DNA from: Octopus sinensis
Taxonomy: Eukaryota
Direction of reading: 5' to 3'
Assembly (NCBI RefSeq): GCF_006345805.1
Contig: NC_042999.1
Span: forward strand, 118,668,001-118,732,000
DNA length: 64,000 nucleotides
Every line of letters begins with the position of its first letter. The stretch's first letter is position 1. Position numbers and translations under genes: made by a program. The notes beneath the pieces are model-generated. The model saw nothing but the letters and a program-made list of their open reading frames with translations. It was not told the origin of the DNA and did no database searches. Shown one piece after another: positions 1 through 14,044 of the stretch.

Positions 1-264
1 ATTGTCCTACTTTTTTGATTTTCTTTTTGTAATGGTAGAGTGCGATTCAAGTGAGATTTTTCTGTTGTTGTTAGCTGGTTGAACCGCAATGAAAAAATTT
101 TTAAGTAACAGATTTTTTAGGGTTTTTTTTTATATGTAGTATAATTATAGCTCACAAATGATACAAGAGTAGAGTAAATTATCATTTTTGTTGTACTCCT
201 GTTGTTGATATGAGTGAGATGTGTCTCTTCAGCATAGCTACACTTGATAGATTGAGGTAAAGCA

Positions 265-730
265 CAAGTGGTGGTATATGAAACCTTGATATTAGTTTCA
301 AATTTTATCTCTGGGCCAGCAGGTTTGAGGGAGGGACTAAGTCGATTACATCAATCTGTGTTCAACTGATACTTATTTAAGCCTTTAGCATTCAGATTAT
401 TCTGTTAAATATAATACTTATTTATGCATATTGTTTTGAATTAATCATGCATTATCTCATACCTTCGGGGTTTCGATGATATGATTGTTTTTATTCTCTA
501 AAGGCATTGTAGAGTAGGTGTGAGACGCTGGATCTGGCCAGTTTGAACCTAAAATATGTAGAATATTTGGGCCAAATATAGCTGGTTTAAATGCTAAAGG
601 GTTAAATGAACCTGAAAGGATGAAAGGCAAAGTCAACCTCAGTAGAATTAGAACTCAGAACATAAAGACAGATGAACTGCCACTAAGCATTTTGTCCAAT
701 GTGCTAATGATTCTGCCAGCTCACCCACCT
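265..730 (-). mobile_element. tRNA-derived SINE (family C), split by a MITE
   Basis: Reverse complement matches the SINE copies at 17233 and 23138 (GAGCTGGCAGAA...GTTCTGAGTTC...CTTTCATCCTTTC); interrupted at 381-601. Confidence 0.7.
381..601. mobile_element. piggyBac-type MITE
   Basis: TTAA at 377-380 and 602-605; terminal inverted repeats (G/C)CCTTTAGCATT ... AATGCTAAAGGG; non-coding. Confidence 0.75.
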
Positions 731-1489
731 CTATGAATCCTTGACATTAAACTGCATAGACATACACTGAAGTAACTAACTAGCTGCAGTTCTCATTTAA
801 CCAAATCTGTTATCACAAAAAAAGCAGATGAGTATATGCAATGCCATATTACCTTAAGAAATGCTTCTACTTATTTCTTTGCTTATTTTTATTTACTCAT
901 AAACAAACTCTGAATTGATAAGGAGATGAAATTTCTTTTATATCTGAAAAAACAAAACAATGAAGAGAAAAATATTTCACCATAACAATTTGCATGTGTT
1001 TTGAAATGATTACATAATTTTAAATGATTACTTTCTTTTTAGACAAATTTAATTTATTTAGAATGTAATAATGGCTATGATGGGAAGTGGGAATAATTGT
1101 GCAAAACAACAAAGTAAATTATACATGTAAACATGCTTTAGAAATTTTCATTGAGAACTTGCAATTGTAATAAAGATAGAGCAACTTTCAACAAGTATTC
1201 AATTAAAATAATTGAAAAACAAATTTCATAGAGTTATTTTCTTTTTGATTCAAAAATATCCCTAAAAAAATAATAAAATGTTTTTCAGAAAATACATTGT
1301 TCTTTTATAGTGCTTTGAAAATTAAAAAGCAAATAAATAAATAAATGAATGTATAAATAAATTTTTAAATGTGAGAGTTTTATTTTGGGATCTTAGGAAA
1401 TTGATTTCTCTAACAAAAAAGTTTTAAATTGATAGATTTCTTAAATTTTGATGCTTGACAGAAAATTTCTATTTTCTCCACTTTTCCAG

Positions 1490-1573
1490 GGAGACATGAT
1501 CTACGTAAAAGACTTGAAAATTAAACATTCTGATATGAAAAGTCGGCCTAAATTAATGAGCCATCTAAAATTG
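1490..1573 (+). CDS. Receptor guanylyl cyclase exon, kinase-homology domain (GDMIYVKDLKIKHSDMKSRPKLMSHLKL)
   Basis: ttttccag acceptor, GTAAGG donor, 84 nt phase 0/0; YVK resembles kinase subdomain II; joins in frame to exon 13686. Confidence 0.8.
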
Positions 1574-1684
1574 GTAAGGAACTATTAAAAGCATCATTTA
1601 TTTTGATATGCGAATGTTTGTTTTATGGCATGTGAAGGCAGGGGATCCCTGTTAATACATGGGATGGATTAATGTATATATTTT

Positions 1685-1860
1685 AATCATCACCCTCGTC
1701 ATCATTGTCATCATTAAACTTCCCATTTTCCAAGCTGGCATGGATTGGATGGTTTGACAAGTTCAGATGACCCAGAGGGATGCACCAGATTCTATGTGTA
1801 CTTTGGCATGGCTTCTAGAGCTGAATGACACCCGCTTAACAGAAAGTACAAGGTGCTTTT
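1685..1860 (-). mobile_element. Family D repeat (RTE 3'-tail-like), interrupted by a mariner and resuming at about 2997
   Basis: CATCAT tail and TTTTCCAAGCTGGCATGG motif as at 21250 and 47915; GGTGCTTTT|TA...TA|TGTGGCACTAGCAC rejoins across the mariner. Confidence 0.6.
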
Positions 1861-1862
1861 TA

Positions 1863-2994
1863 CGAGGGTGGGCTTAAGAGTTCATAACTGACTATGAAGG
1901 AGTGATGCTAGAGCTGTGAAGTCTTGTATGCATTAGTTTTAGCCCTTATTAATAACTACATTGTTTTTTTCCAGGTAGACTGACATCTGGCAGTTCAAAC
2001 AAGGCTCTAAATGTAACTAGTAGTGATTTCTCTTGAAAATAGACAACATTTAGCATCATGGCTTTATCAAATGCCTGTAGAAAATGGATTTAGACCCAAA
2101 CAACATTCATGGTTGCTACAGTAGGAGATGACAATCCAGCTTTATCAGTGATGCAAAAGGAGACAGCTGAATTAAGAAGGGGAAGGGAGAGTCTTGAAGA
2201 TGACCCAAGGTCTAGACATTCTAAAGTTGCTGCCATTGAGGAACATATTGATCATGCTTCCAATATGGTGATGGATAACAGGCAATGAATTATAATTCAA
2301 ATAGCCAATGCTATTAGCATATCCCATGAGAAAGTTGAGAATATTCTGCTCATTGAACTTGGCATGACGAAGGTTTCTGCTCAGTGACTGCTATATCTTG
2401 TGATACCAAATCAAAAGTGCACCAGCCTGATTACATCATGGGGAAATCTGACAGTGCTTGGGACAGATTAGCTGGTTTCTTTGAATGTTTCTGAACCCAG
2501 AATGAGTATTCAGTTCATCACTTTTAATCAGAGGACAAAGGCAATACATGCAGTGGAAACATGCCTCCTCATCTGCTCCAAAGAAGGCCAAGGTTGTTTC
2601 ATCAGCAGGGAATGGGATGACCTCAGGAAAACTGACAAAAAGGGTCTTGTTTCATCATGAAAATACTTCAGTACACAAGTCCTTGCTTTCAGTGGTTGCT
2701 GTACATGACTGTACCTTTGAACTGGCCGACCACCCTCCCTATTCTCCTGATCTGACCATCATTTGTTTCTCAACATGAAGAAACCTTTGGCTGGAAACCA
2801 GTATTGCCGTGATTATGTCATATCTGCTGTTAATGACATTTTTATCAACAGGATGAAAGCTTCTTCACCAATGGGATCCAAGCATTGCAGCACTGATGGA
2901 AAAAGTGTGTGAGCTATTTTAAAAAATAAATCTCAGTTGGTCAGATTTCACGAGAGTATCTTGGCCAGCTTATGAACTTATTTTCCAGCCCACT
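1863..2994 (+). mobile_element. Degenerate mariner transposon
   Basis: TA duplication (1861-62, 2995-96); imperfect TIRs (GGGTGGGCT..AGTTCATAA); ORF 2548-2778 carries QWKH..S.PKKAK and DHPPYSPDL mariner motifs; frameshifted. Confidence 0.9.
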
Positions 2995-3259
2995 TATGTG
3001 GCACTAGCACTGGTGAGGTTCTCAAGCACCTGCAAAGTAAGACTCCTCAACTGAACAGTGTATAGAATAGAGGGATTTTTAAAAATATCTAAAGATATTT
3101 AATATATTTAGATATTTTTTCTTCTGTATAGAATTGTATGTGTGTTTGGGTGCATGTTTTTGATCTTTGTATAAGTATGTGTGTGTGTGTGTGTTAAAAT
3201 AGACATCATCAAACAGATTCTTTTCTTGTATGAGATACACACACACACTCATGTATATG

Positions 3260-3579
3260 TATTTACGAGCAAAAGGCCCCCCCCCGTCCAATGGACAGTG
3301 CTGAGTTGTCAAACATTTAAACTAAATTTTCTCAAAACAACTTGTCTGATTGTCCCATTTTGTGGCATTATTTCAAGCCAGCCAGCTATTTTGCGCAAAC
3401 ACCACATGCATTTTTCTCACATATGTGTAGTATCGATCGCGACAGCTGATGTACTTGCATGTACAAATGCACGTCCTTACGGCTTTATCAGTCACATTCT
3501 CACCTGGACTTATATCAAATTTGAGCGCAATCAGATGGAGGATGCCCAAGATCCTAGAAGATACACACAGAATGGATTT

Positions 3580-3627
<48 letters not shown>
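3260..3627 (+). mobile_element. Possible non-autonomous Helitron/HINE-like element ending in (AT)n
   Basis: CAAATTTGAGCGCAATCAGATG and GATTTTATATA... 3' signature resemble Helentron-associated repeats; pattern recognition only. Confidence 0.3.
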
Positions 3628-3628
<1 letters not shown>

Positions 3629-4389
3629 AATGAATGTTTTTATATATAATGAACGTGAAATACAGGAAGGGACGAACACGGAACACAGACAAATCATTCG
3701 AAGCCTTCAATCTTCAGTCAGACACCGAATCATCATAGCAAATTTCGGCTGTTCAATTCTGATATTTGCTCCAACTCGGCCAGCCCCAAGAAAAAAAACT
3801 AAGCTGTAAGCATTAGATTTCTTGGTAGAAGACAGGAATGTGAACGCACAAGACGGATGTGAATACAAGAGACGAAAACGAAATTGAAAACAGTAATGAA
3901 TAAACAAAATATATATAACGGTGGTTGTCATACGACTTTAGACCAAATGAGACAAAAACAACAACAACAACATAGCTGGCGTAGAAATAATTACCGTTTC
4001 GGTAGCGGGGACACATGTTGGTCGAGATACGAAGGCCAACAGAATGGTTTAAGAAGCAGCAGGTCGCAGGAGAGAGAGAAAGAGAGACAGAGAGAGAGGG
4101 AATCAAAGAGGGTGGAAGGCAGGGGACAGAATCAGTGACCAAGAGAAAAGGAGAAAGAAGGGATTAAGGAGGATGGGAGGAAGAGGGGAGGAGGATGGGA
4201 GGAAGAGAGGGGAAGAATCAGAGGGCGCCAAAAAGTTTGGTGAAGAAGCAATAGGTACATACATACATGCATGTATGTATGTATCTGTAGCTGTAGGCAA
4301 ACTGCATAATGGGATGGCAACTAGAAGAGACCTAATAATTGGATGGTAGCAAAAGAAGCTGACATTTTACTGAAAACCATTAATATATA

Positions 4390-5414
4390 TTGGGTCATCC
4401 CATAAATAATGCAGTTTTTTTCAATTGCATGAATTAAAAGTTGATGGTGGACGGGATAAACTACCTGCATCAACTTGTTATAAAAACAGGTAGTAATTTG
4501 ACCTTGTCCTTATTCTTTGTGTAAGATTTAAAGATTCTAATAGTTATTTTTTCAAAGCTATAATGGAAGTGACAAAGGAGCATATTTGGCATATTTTGCT
4601 TTATTAATTCAATGCAATGGAAAGTGCAAGGAATATTAATGCAATATATGGGGATTGGACAATAAGCATAAGCCAGTGTCAACAGTGGTTCCAGAAATTC
4701 CAAGCCAGAAATTAAAGCCTAGAAGATGAGTCTCATCCTGGAAGATCTGTAGAGCTCAACGAGGACGTCCTACAAACCCAAGTGGAACAAAATCCCATTG
4801 TAACTGTTGAGGAACTAACAGAAAATCTTGGATTTGGTCATTCAACCATTCATCAACACCTTTCCGAGTCTAATCATGTGCAGAGAGTGAATGTGTGCTC
4901 TTCTTTGCTGTCACGTCTCACAAATGAACCTTTTTTTCTACTTTAAAACCTAAACCAAATGATAACAAAGGAGATCTACTGTGAGCAGCTTGAGTGCTAG
5001 AAGAAAAATGACCATCTTTGGTTTCAAGATGTAAGGTGTTCTTCCATCAAGATAATGCTCGGCCACATACAGAGAGGATGACATTTCAAAGGCTGGAACA
5101 ATTTTCAAAGGGAAATGATGCCCCACCCACCATATTCGCCAGACATTGCTCCATCTGATTATCATTTATTCCACAGTCTTCAAAATCATTTGGATAGAGA
5201 AAATATGAACTCTGTAGACAAGGTCAGAACAGTACTGGAGGAGAATTTTTCATCATGGACAAGTGAAGTTTGAAAGAGGGGCCTTGCCATATAGATGGAG
5301 AAACATTGTAGAAAAAGAAGAAGAGTAAATTTTAGATTAAAAAAAACTTTGTTTATCTTAATTTTTAAAAATAAAAGAAGTATATAAAAATGCATTATCT
5401 ATGGGATGACCCAA
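4390..5414 (+). mobile_element. Internally deleted mariner transposon (second family)
   Basis: TIRs TTGGGTCATCCCATAAATAATGCA / TGCATTATCTATGGGATGACCCAA with TA flanks; HQDNARPH and HPPYSPDIAPSDYHLF motifs. Confidence 0.92.
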
Positions 5415-5439
5415 TATATTCGAAAGCACTGTGGTAGGT

Positions 5440-7620
5440 CAAATTGACATACCAAATTGTCTTGATATAACACAGACAAATCTTGTAGCCTAGAGGGGAA
5501 TCACTGAGTTGGAAGAAAACTATCAGCCTGTTGCTTACCTAAACGCTATGTACAAACTGTACACAAACTGCCTCGACTAATTTATCCAAGATCATCCCTA
5601 GTCTTACAACACAGCTACTGATGAGCAGGCAGGAGGAAAGAAGAGAGAGTGGGGGTGCAACTTTTGATAAACAAAGCTATATTGTCTGAAGTGAAAAACA
5701 CTGTAGAAGCCTTGTAACAGCATAGCTTGATTTACAAAGGCATTCAACTCTATTTCCCCCTCATGAATGCTGAAGTGCCAACATTTGGCCTGCTACCTTA
5801 ATTGAAGCCAGTGAAAAATTTACAATGACCTGGGCGAAAATTTGTACACTTTAGAACTGAGGACAGAACAAGTGTCTCCAATCTTATAAATATTTTGAAA
5901 GGAATGTTCCAAGGAGATAGTCTCTCTTTGTAATTCTGTTCATTTTATATGTAACCCATAATTTCTTTGTAGATGACTACATGATTTATGCAGAAAATAT
6001 TAACAAAACCAAAAATCAGCTGGAATTAATAACATTTTCAACTGAGACATAAATGGAATTTGATCAAAAGAAATGTTCATATTTGATTGTTGAATGGTAA
6101 AAATCAGTCCCCAGACTCAAAACCTGTGCATCAATGGTCTCATTATCTCTCTTGTTCCACACAAAGAATGCTACATGCATGTCAGCATTGATGAAGATGT
6201 ATCATCGGAAGGTACTGTGAATAAAGATAGAGTGACCCAAGAATATTATGCCAAAGTTAGAAAAATATGGCAGTTGGATCTCTAAAGACAATATCCCACA
6301 ATGCATTTGCAGTACCAGTACTGATTCTAACATTTGGGATACTCGGCTGGTTTGTGGAAAAACCACTTCTTAGACGTTAAGCCTGCAAAGTACTGACATC
6401 AATTGGAAATCTCCACAAATATAGCAATATCAATAGGCTCTACCTAAGAAGAAATTAAGGAGGTAGAGGCTTGAGATCAGAGCAGAGAGCCTTCGAATTT
6501 TATATTGCCTCTCACAGACGACACTCAGTCAACACTTGCTAAACAACAACAGTAAAAATAAATACATTAACTTAGTGCTGAAAAGTGAAGAAAACAATAT
6601 TGTATATGCTGGAAGTGAGCTCCTCAGGAAGGACCCTCTTCATTATGACCACCCATACAACCCCAAAACAGCTGGACTAACATACCTCATAAAAGACCTG
6701 AAAGTGAAATGCTGAGCATACCAAAACTAGACTATGCTTGAGTATGTTACCTGAAGACTTGAAGAAGACAGTAATATTGATATGAAGCAAAACCTCTCTT
6801 GGACTTGTGGCTGTTACATCACATCACACTTCAAAACAATGTATTTTCAATCTAAGAACAGATTGCCACTAGATACCAATAAAAAATATGATAGTGAAGC
6901 CCTTGAGTGCCAAAGGCATCTGAAAATATAGATTATGTCATACCTCTGTGGAAGACATTATACATGTGATTAGTATACTGCTCAAAAATGTTATCAAGAT
7001 ATCATCTCCTTATGTGACATAAAACTGTTGCAAATACAATATACAATGCCATTAAAAAAAATGTCCTAGAATAAATATAGAGAATCCCTCTGTTATTGAA
7101 TATATACACAAACATCAATACACACAGAATACTGCTAGAACATTTCATATCAAAACATCTGTCAAATGTAAGCATGAGAGAATGGATATTGTTGTATGGG
7201 ACAGATAAGAAAAGAGTATAAAAAGTATGTACTGTCATAGAGGTCAGCTATCCTGCTGATGTGAATATCTATTTGAAAATCAAAGAGAAAGAAGATAATT
7301 ATGAACAACTGCTTTGAAACCTCTTGCTGTATCCAGATTATAAATTCACATTCATACCAATAATAATTGGTGCATTTGGTTTTGAGAATAAATGTCTAAC
7401 AGACAATCTGGATAAGTTAGGGTTTTCAGAAAAAGAAATCAACCAACTAACTCAAATATTACAAATACAATCTATAAGTGGAATAGTAAAAATCTGCAAG
7501 ACCTTTCTCATGTTTAAAATGAGATATTGTTTTTGTAATATACATTCAAAGATGGAATTTCAAAATTTTTGTTAGATATCAGCTCCTTCCTTAGAGGAAG
7601 AATTTAATTAATTAAAAATA
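5440..7620 (+). mobile_element. Degenerate R4/Dong-like non-LTR retrotransposon (RT plus restriction-like endonuclease)
   Basis: NYQPVAYLNAMYKLYT, GMFQGDSLS and C-terminal VIEVSYPADVN..KEKEDNY..FIPIIIGAFG remnants, many stops and frameshifts. Confidence 0.75.
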
Positions 7621-7784
7621 CAAATATATAATTTTGGAGACCATCAATAAGAGTGTCTTACATATACCTAAGCTATTTTATTGATAAACATAGATATGGA
7701 AGATAAAAGCCATAGCAAGATTTCTATAATACATTGTTCTAGAGTTTTGTCTCCAAAATATTAGATAAAACATTTATATTTCCT

Positions 7785-7960
7785 GGACGCATGGTCTAGT
7801 GGTTCGGGTATTGAACTTACAATTGTGAGATCATAGTTTCAATTCCTAGACTGGGTGTTGTATTATATTCTTAAACAAAACACGTCATCCCACATTAGTC
7901 TGTGATCACTTCAACACCTGACACATGGCAGGCTGTGCACATGCTCAGACAAAAATTCAA
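7785..7960 (+). mobile_element. tRNA-derived SINE (family F), 5' part
   Basis: TGGTCTAGTGGTT A box and TTCAATTCC B box; similar to 9490 and 38735. Confidence 0.6.
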
Positions 7961-8709
7961 ATTAGTATGGAAAAATTAATAAAGTTACAAGCAAATATTG
8001 TGGACACTCTTCTTGAACCTGAATAATTCCAAATAATGTGAACAAATAAGCATTACATTTTGATAGATTAATCTTAACACTAAAGAGTTAATAGAAAATG
8101 ATCTAATGTTCAACACATACATTTGATCATTATAAACAGATAATTTGTGTTTGGCAAAAAAGCTGAATACAAATATGTTGTCTTCAATGGGAGAGTCCAT
8201 CATTTGCTGGAAAGCTAATCTCAACATAATTTCTGCAGAATATTTATAAACTCTCAACAAGGCACATCTGCAACACTAGTATATCTAGTTGGGAAATTTT
8301 GCATCACTTCTGCATACCAACAATATCTGGTTGTAAAGTATTGCCTGGAAAGGCTTAGATTTTCTTAGACAGAATTGCTCTTCAGACACGATGTAAAGAC
8401 ATAGCCTTCAGCAATGATTCAATGACATTAAGTGGTGGAAAATTTCATTTCAAGTGACATCTAAAACATAATTTTTGTTTCTTTGTCTTATAGAGCCATA
8501 CTAATTGTATGGCTTTATGTTAATTAGTGTTTACTGAGGCAAATTTTAAACTTTTAAACATATTTTCTTCATGGATAGTGATATATCATCATCACCACCC
8601 ACATCATCATCATCAACCTCCTCTTCTTCCTCCTCCCATCCTTCTCTTCTTTCAACCCCTCCTTCTCTTCCTGTTACCTTGGAAGGGTGCTCTCCATCAA
8701 ATGCAATTC

Positions 8710-9110
8710 TGAGCTAAATGTAGAACGATGAACTGAATCAGTTTACAGAACTATTGGTAAACTAACAAAACTTATGTTCAAAAACAGAGACATAACTTTG
8801 AAGACAAAGATTATGATCTACCAAGCTGTTGTTATATCTATGCTCCTATATGATTGTGAAACTTGAACGTTGTATGATTGCAACATCAAAACACTTGTAC
8901 ATTTTCATTAACTGAAACTTCAACATCAAGTGGTTTGACTATGTCTCAAATACCTCTGTGACGGAAAGAGCAAATATCCACAGACTTGAATCCCTGCTCA
9001 TCAAATATCACCTTCAATGGGCTGGTTGATGGGCTGGCAATCAGGAAAAGACAAAGAGGAGCCATTTTTTGACACTGCAAGGATTAGCTAAAGTCAAATC
9101 TGAAGCAGAC
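8710..9110 (+). mobile_element. RTE-clade LINE 3' fragment
   Basis: RDITLKTKIMIYQAVVISMLLYDCET remnant, typical of the post-RT region of RTE elements. Confidence 0.7.
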
Positions 9111-9489
9111 AAGCTTCGACCCCCTTGCTTTTGAGATGTTCATAACCAACGTTCTTGACTACCAACAAAACATAAACGATAATGTAACATTGCTTGAAAG
9201 TGAAATAATAAAAAAAAGAAGGGACGACAATGAGAAGCCAGACAGCAGTGACCACAACCAACTCTGACATACACATGTAGCCAATGCAATCATGTATTCT
9301 ACACAAAGTTTGACTCCATTAACCACATATATAACCAGCATTAACAGTACAAATATTAGAGAAATAAAACCTCAGATTCAAGGGATGAGCCAATGACAAT
9401 ATATATATATGAACACACACACACACACACACATACACATACACACACATAAATATACATATGTGTATGTGTGTATTTATAGGCATGAA

Positions 9490-9805
9490 TGCACGTGGCT
9501 TAGTGGTTAGGGCATCTGGCTCAAGATCATAAGGTCATGAGTTCAAGTCCCAGCAACACATTGAGTCCTTGAGCAAGACACTTTATTTCACGTTGCTCCA
9601 GTTCACTCAGCTGACAAAAATGAGTAGTACCTGTATTTCAAAAGGCTAACCTTGTCACACTGTGTCATGCTGAATCTCTCTGAAAACTATGTTAAGGGTA
9701 CATGTGTCTGTGCGGTGCTCAGCCATTTGCATGTTAATTTCATGAGCAAGCTGTTTTGTTGATCGTATCAGCTGGAACCTTTGTCATCGTAACTAACGGA
9801 GTGTC
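9490..9805 (+). mobile_element. tRNA-derived SINE (family F)
   Basis: A/B boxes (TGGCTTAGTGG, GTTCAAGTCC) plus core GTCCTTGAGCAAGACACTTTATTTCAC. Confidence 0.75.
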
Positions 9806-10179
9806 TCTTCTTCATTTATAGGCCCCAATAAATCTCCAACACCATCTATTTCTCTCTCTCTCCCTGTCTTTCTCTTTAACCCTCTCCCACCTTTCCCTCC
9901 CTCCTTGTCCCACTAAGGTAGTCAAATATTTCCTCCATAATAAGAGAACTGTTTCTTTCATTCAATTATATTCTAACCTCTTGCCTACCACACAGCCACT
10001 TCCTTTGGGTCTACCTCCTCTCTCAACTGAGATGTCTCTGTCTTGCAAGCTACTTGGCAACCCCACTGGTGCTGGTGTTATGTAAAAAACACCTGTGCTG
10101 GTATCACACAAAAGTACCCACATATGGCATTTAAATTTAAATACAAAGTAAATAAATAAGTAAACACCACAATATGCAT

Positions 10180-10214
<35 letters not shown>

Positions 10215-10274
10215 TACACACACACATACATATATATATTCTCATATATTCTTAATCTAAGATGAAGGTTGTGC

Positions 10275-10440
10275 AGGCACGTGGCTTAGTGGTTAGAGTG
10301 TTGGACTCATGATTGTAAGATTGTGGTTTTGTTTCCTGGACAAGGCAACATATGTTCTAAAGGAAAACACTTCATTTGTTATTGCTCCAGTCCATTAAGT
10401 TGGCAAAACTGAGTAATCTGGCAATTGACCAGTGTTTGTA
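10275..10440 (+). mobile_element. SINE family F, truncated
   Basis: Head GGCACGTGGCTTAGTGGTTAG and AAACACTTCATTT..TTGCTCCAGTCCA core. Confidence 0.6.
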
Positions 10441-10948
10441 AAGTATTGGCAGAATATCTGTTACTATCATTGGAAAGTCTTCTTATTAGAAAGCTGAACC
10501 TTTTCAGTTTCTTCCTTCTTAATGCATTATGTATGTATATCAATAATAGAAAGTATATGCTTATCATTAATACATTATGTAGGTATGTTATGTAAATAAT
10601 TTTACAAACATATGCATATATATACACATGCATGCATATGCACATGCATGTTTACATATGTACATATATACATACAAATATGCATATTGTGTAGCTATAT
10701 TTTTCAAACCTTATCATCTACTTTACATTAGCAAAGTGCCAATTATATCAAAGCAAAAGTCAAGCTTTTCATCTATGTTTTCATTTTTTCCTTCAGACTC
10801 GTATATGTTATTAGAAATCCATCTACTCTAATCCTTTGTTTTTGAATCAATTTCCCATTGCAATATTACTTATTTATTATTTTTTTATACTATTATCTTT
10901 CTGTAATCATTGATATTATTATACTATTTGAATGTCAGTGCCTGAGTA

Positions 10949-12163
10949 TGAGGCTGGGCAAGGTACTCAAATGGAACGTGACTAACAGAGGTTTATTTTT
11001 CAACATAGTCCCCCTTGTGATCCACACAGTTCTTCCATCAAAGTTGTGATGCTTGGATCTCATTGGTGAAGATGCTTTCCTTCTGTTGATTAAAAAATGT
11101 TATCAACAGTAGATATGACATCATCATCATTGTGATACAAGTTCCTTGCCAAGTGTTTTACCATGTTGGAGAACAAATGATAGATGAAGCCAAATCAAGA
11201 AAATAGGAAGGGTGATCAACCAGTTCAAAGAGACAGTCATGCATAGCAGCCATTGAAAGTAAGATTTTGCATGTTGGAGCATTCTTCTGATGAAACAAGA
11301 CCCTTTTCGTCAGTTTTCATGGGTATTTGTTCTTTGCAGTAATTTGTAACTGCTTCTGCAAGTTAGTATAGAACTCTCAAGTGATGGCGTGGCCCTTTTC
11401 AAGATAATCAGTGAACACAATGCCTTTTGCATCCCTCAAAAGTGAAGCCATCACATTCCCTGCAGGTGAGGATGGATATTTCCATTGCATAGATTATCTC
11501 TTTGTCTTTGGCTCAAACTGATGAAGCCAACACATATCTTGGAATAGGCAACGTTCAATGAAACTAGCTGGATCTTTTTCAAACAATGTCAAATTTTCTC
11601 ATGATGTGATCAACTTGGAGCATTTTTGATCAGGTATAGCACCCACTGAGCAGAAACCTTCATCATGCCAAGTTCATTGTGCAGAACATTCTCAACTCTC
11701 GTAATATGCTAATTAACATTGGATACTTGATTTATAGTCAATAGTCTGTCATGAATTGTCATGTGTTGAACACAATCTGTGCTTTCCTTGGTGGTGGCAG
11801 TTGCAGGATGTCCAAATTTTGGGCCATTGTCAAGACTCTCCCTCACCTACTAAATTCAGCTGTCCACTTTTGCACTGTTGATTAATTTAAACTGTCATCC
11901 CCAAATGTAGCAAACATGTCAGCATGTATGTCCTTTGGGGCTAAATCCTTTTTCTGCTAGTACTTGATAAAACCATGATGCCAAATTTTGTCCATTTTCA
12001 AGAGAAGTTCCTACTAGTTATTTTTGAAGTCTTCGTTTGAACAATTAGATGTCGGTTTACCTGGAAAGAAACAATGAAGGAGTTGAAATTAATACATGTA
12101 AGACTGCACAGCTCTAGCATCACTCTTTCATAGTCAGCCTATGAACTATTCACTGAATCCATG
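10949..12163 (-). mobile_element. Degenerate mariner, same family as 1863-2994, opposite orientation
   Basis: Reverse complement of 12110-12165 matches 1861-1920; AAGGGTCTTGTTTCATCA shared; TA flanks. Confidence 0.85.
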
Positions 12164-13685
12164 TAATGAGCAACAGCAACAAGGAGACATTATGGATATC
12201 TGAAATTGTAACAAGAAATTAAAGTTCTTTTACCAGTCAAATAAGGAGTTCAAGTACCTAGGTATAAAATTCATTTTAAAGTCTCTTAATTGAATAGATT
12301 AATATAAAAAAAAAAAATGACAAAGAGTATTGAATTATATTTTCTTGAAAGTATTTAAATGCTGCTGGCTCCCCTCCAAAAAAACTGTTGTCATTATGGG
12401 AATTAAGTGTAGGATACTTCAGTTAAATCAAACATTGATATATAATTTTCTGATTCCACAAGTCTGCATTAAATTATCTCTAAAGAATTATATATATTCA
12501 TCAGAAAGGAAATGTGAAAATAAATACAATATAAAGTAGCAAAACTTCCATTGTGATAGATTAGAGTGCTATCTAACTTCAAGTATCATAGAAATACCAA
12601 GAAAAATGTTCTAAAAAAAGACAAGACAAATCATTCTGAAGAGTTATGAATTACTATCTTGGATTGGAAGCCTATTGTTGTCACTTAAATTAGGATATTT
12701 TTATCACAATAATGCCAGTTTAGTGATTATTTTGAATTTGTAAAATATGACTTTATCAAATGTTTACTGAATGATATTGTAAACTATTTACATAAAAGAC
12801 TGATATTGCAAAGTTTTTGACAAAACTTTTGTTGCATTATGATTCTTATTTTGTTTAATTTTCATTTCTAAATTGTTAAAAATACTGCAGAAATGAGCTC
12901 CATGTGCAAAAAAATGTATTTTTATAAATAGAATGAGAATCTTGCAGTTTTATTGCCAAAAGACAGACTAAAAGATTTTATAGTTTACTAAATTGCATAC
13001 ATATTGTCAGTTTGCTATGCAACGTTTGGTTTACTCCTCCTCATAGTAAGAAAATTCTGTCTTATAAATGCTGGAGGTAAAATAGTTCAAACTCACTTGG
13101 AGGCAAAATTTGTAATGTTCTGAACTTGTCAATAGTATCTATTAATTACAATTCCTGTGCTTCTGAGTTAATCAAACAACTGAAATTAATTTTTCAATGT
13201 TGAATACTTGGATAACAAATTACAGTACCCCCCCCCCCACTCACTATGTACTGCAGAGAATTTGATATTAAGAAAAGCATTCTATGGTAAAAACAAAACG
13301 GCTTTTCTGAGCATTCAGTTCAATCCCTATAGGCCTGTAAATTATGGATTCATTTCTTTAAATTGTGATAAAGTGCATATATGTCTGAAAAGCTGTTGCT
13401 TGAGAACAATATATTTGGGTTTATTGGAATACAAAACTGATGCAACAAATATATTTGGCTGCAAAATCATTGAACATATTAAAAAAAGTAACGTGCATTT
13501 ATGCTATGAATACTGTTAAACTTCAAGAATCCAAGGTTTTTGTTTCCATGAATATTGATCATTGGAAATGAAAACAACTGGGTAAAAACTCATTTTGCTA
13601 ACAACTTATTGTTTACATTATATTATTTATCATTGTTAAATTAAAAGTTGATTGAATTCCTTTTAAACTTTCTCTTCTTTTGAAG

Positions 13686-13790
13686 CTCCGAGAACTTCGA
13701 CATGAAAATTTAAATCCATTTATTGGGTTTTTAAATGATCCAGCAAGACCTTCATTTATCACAGAATATTGTACAAGAGGAAGTTTGGAG
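13686..13790 (+). CDS. Receptor guanylyl cyclase exon (LRELRHENLNPFIGFLNDPARPSFITEYCTRGSLE)
   Basis: Polypyrimidine tract + AG, GTAAAT donor, 105 nt phase 0/0; RHENL.PFIG and EYC.RGSL motifs of the kinase-homology domain. Confidence 0.95.
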
Positions 13791-14044
13791 GTAAATGTTT
13801 TCTTCTTAGTTAAAAGTTTTCAGACAGAGTCGATATAGTTGGTTATTTGACTTCTTGTAAATACGTGGAACAAGTACTTTCTCCCTCTTTCTCCCTCACA
13901 CACACACACAGAGTCAGTGACTCACATACACACATATACTCTTACTCTTTCTCTCTCTCTCTCTCTCTCAGTTCTATTCACATATGCACAAAACTATGGG
14001 ATATTAATGAAAATTAAGATACATATGCAAAAAAACTTCTATGT

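Noticed and set aside
3690-3725. Minus-strand CTGAAGA followed by a small hairpin
   Set aside because: GAAT instead of GAAA and stem II not adjacent to the core.
5612-5645. CTGATGAG...GAAAG hammerhead core words (similar hits at 11287, 30567, 59243)
   Set aside because: No stem II/III pairing; chance matches, mostly within TE coding remnants.
9490-9580. tRNA-like sequences with A/B boxes (also 17233, 25236, 45456)
   Set aside because: SINE heads; no complete cloverleaf, and each is followed by SINE body and tail.
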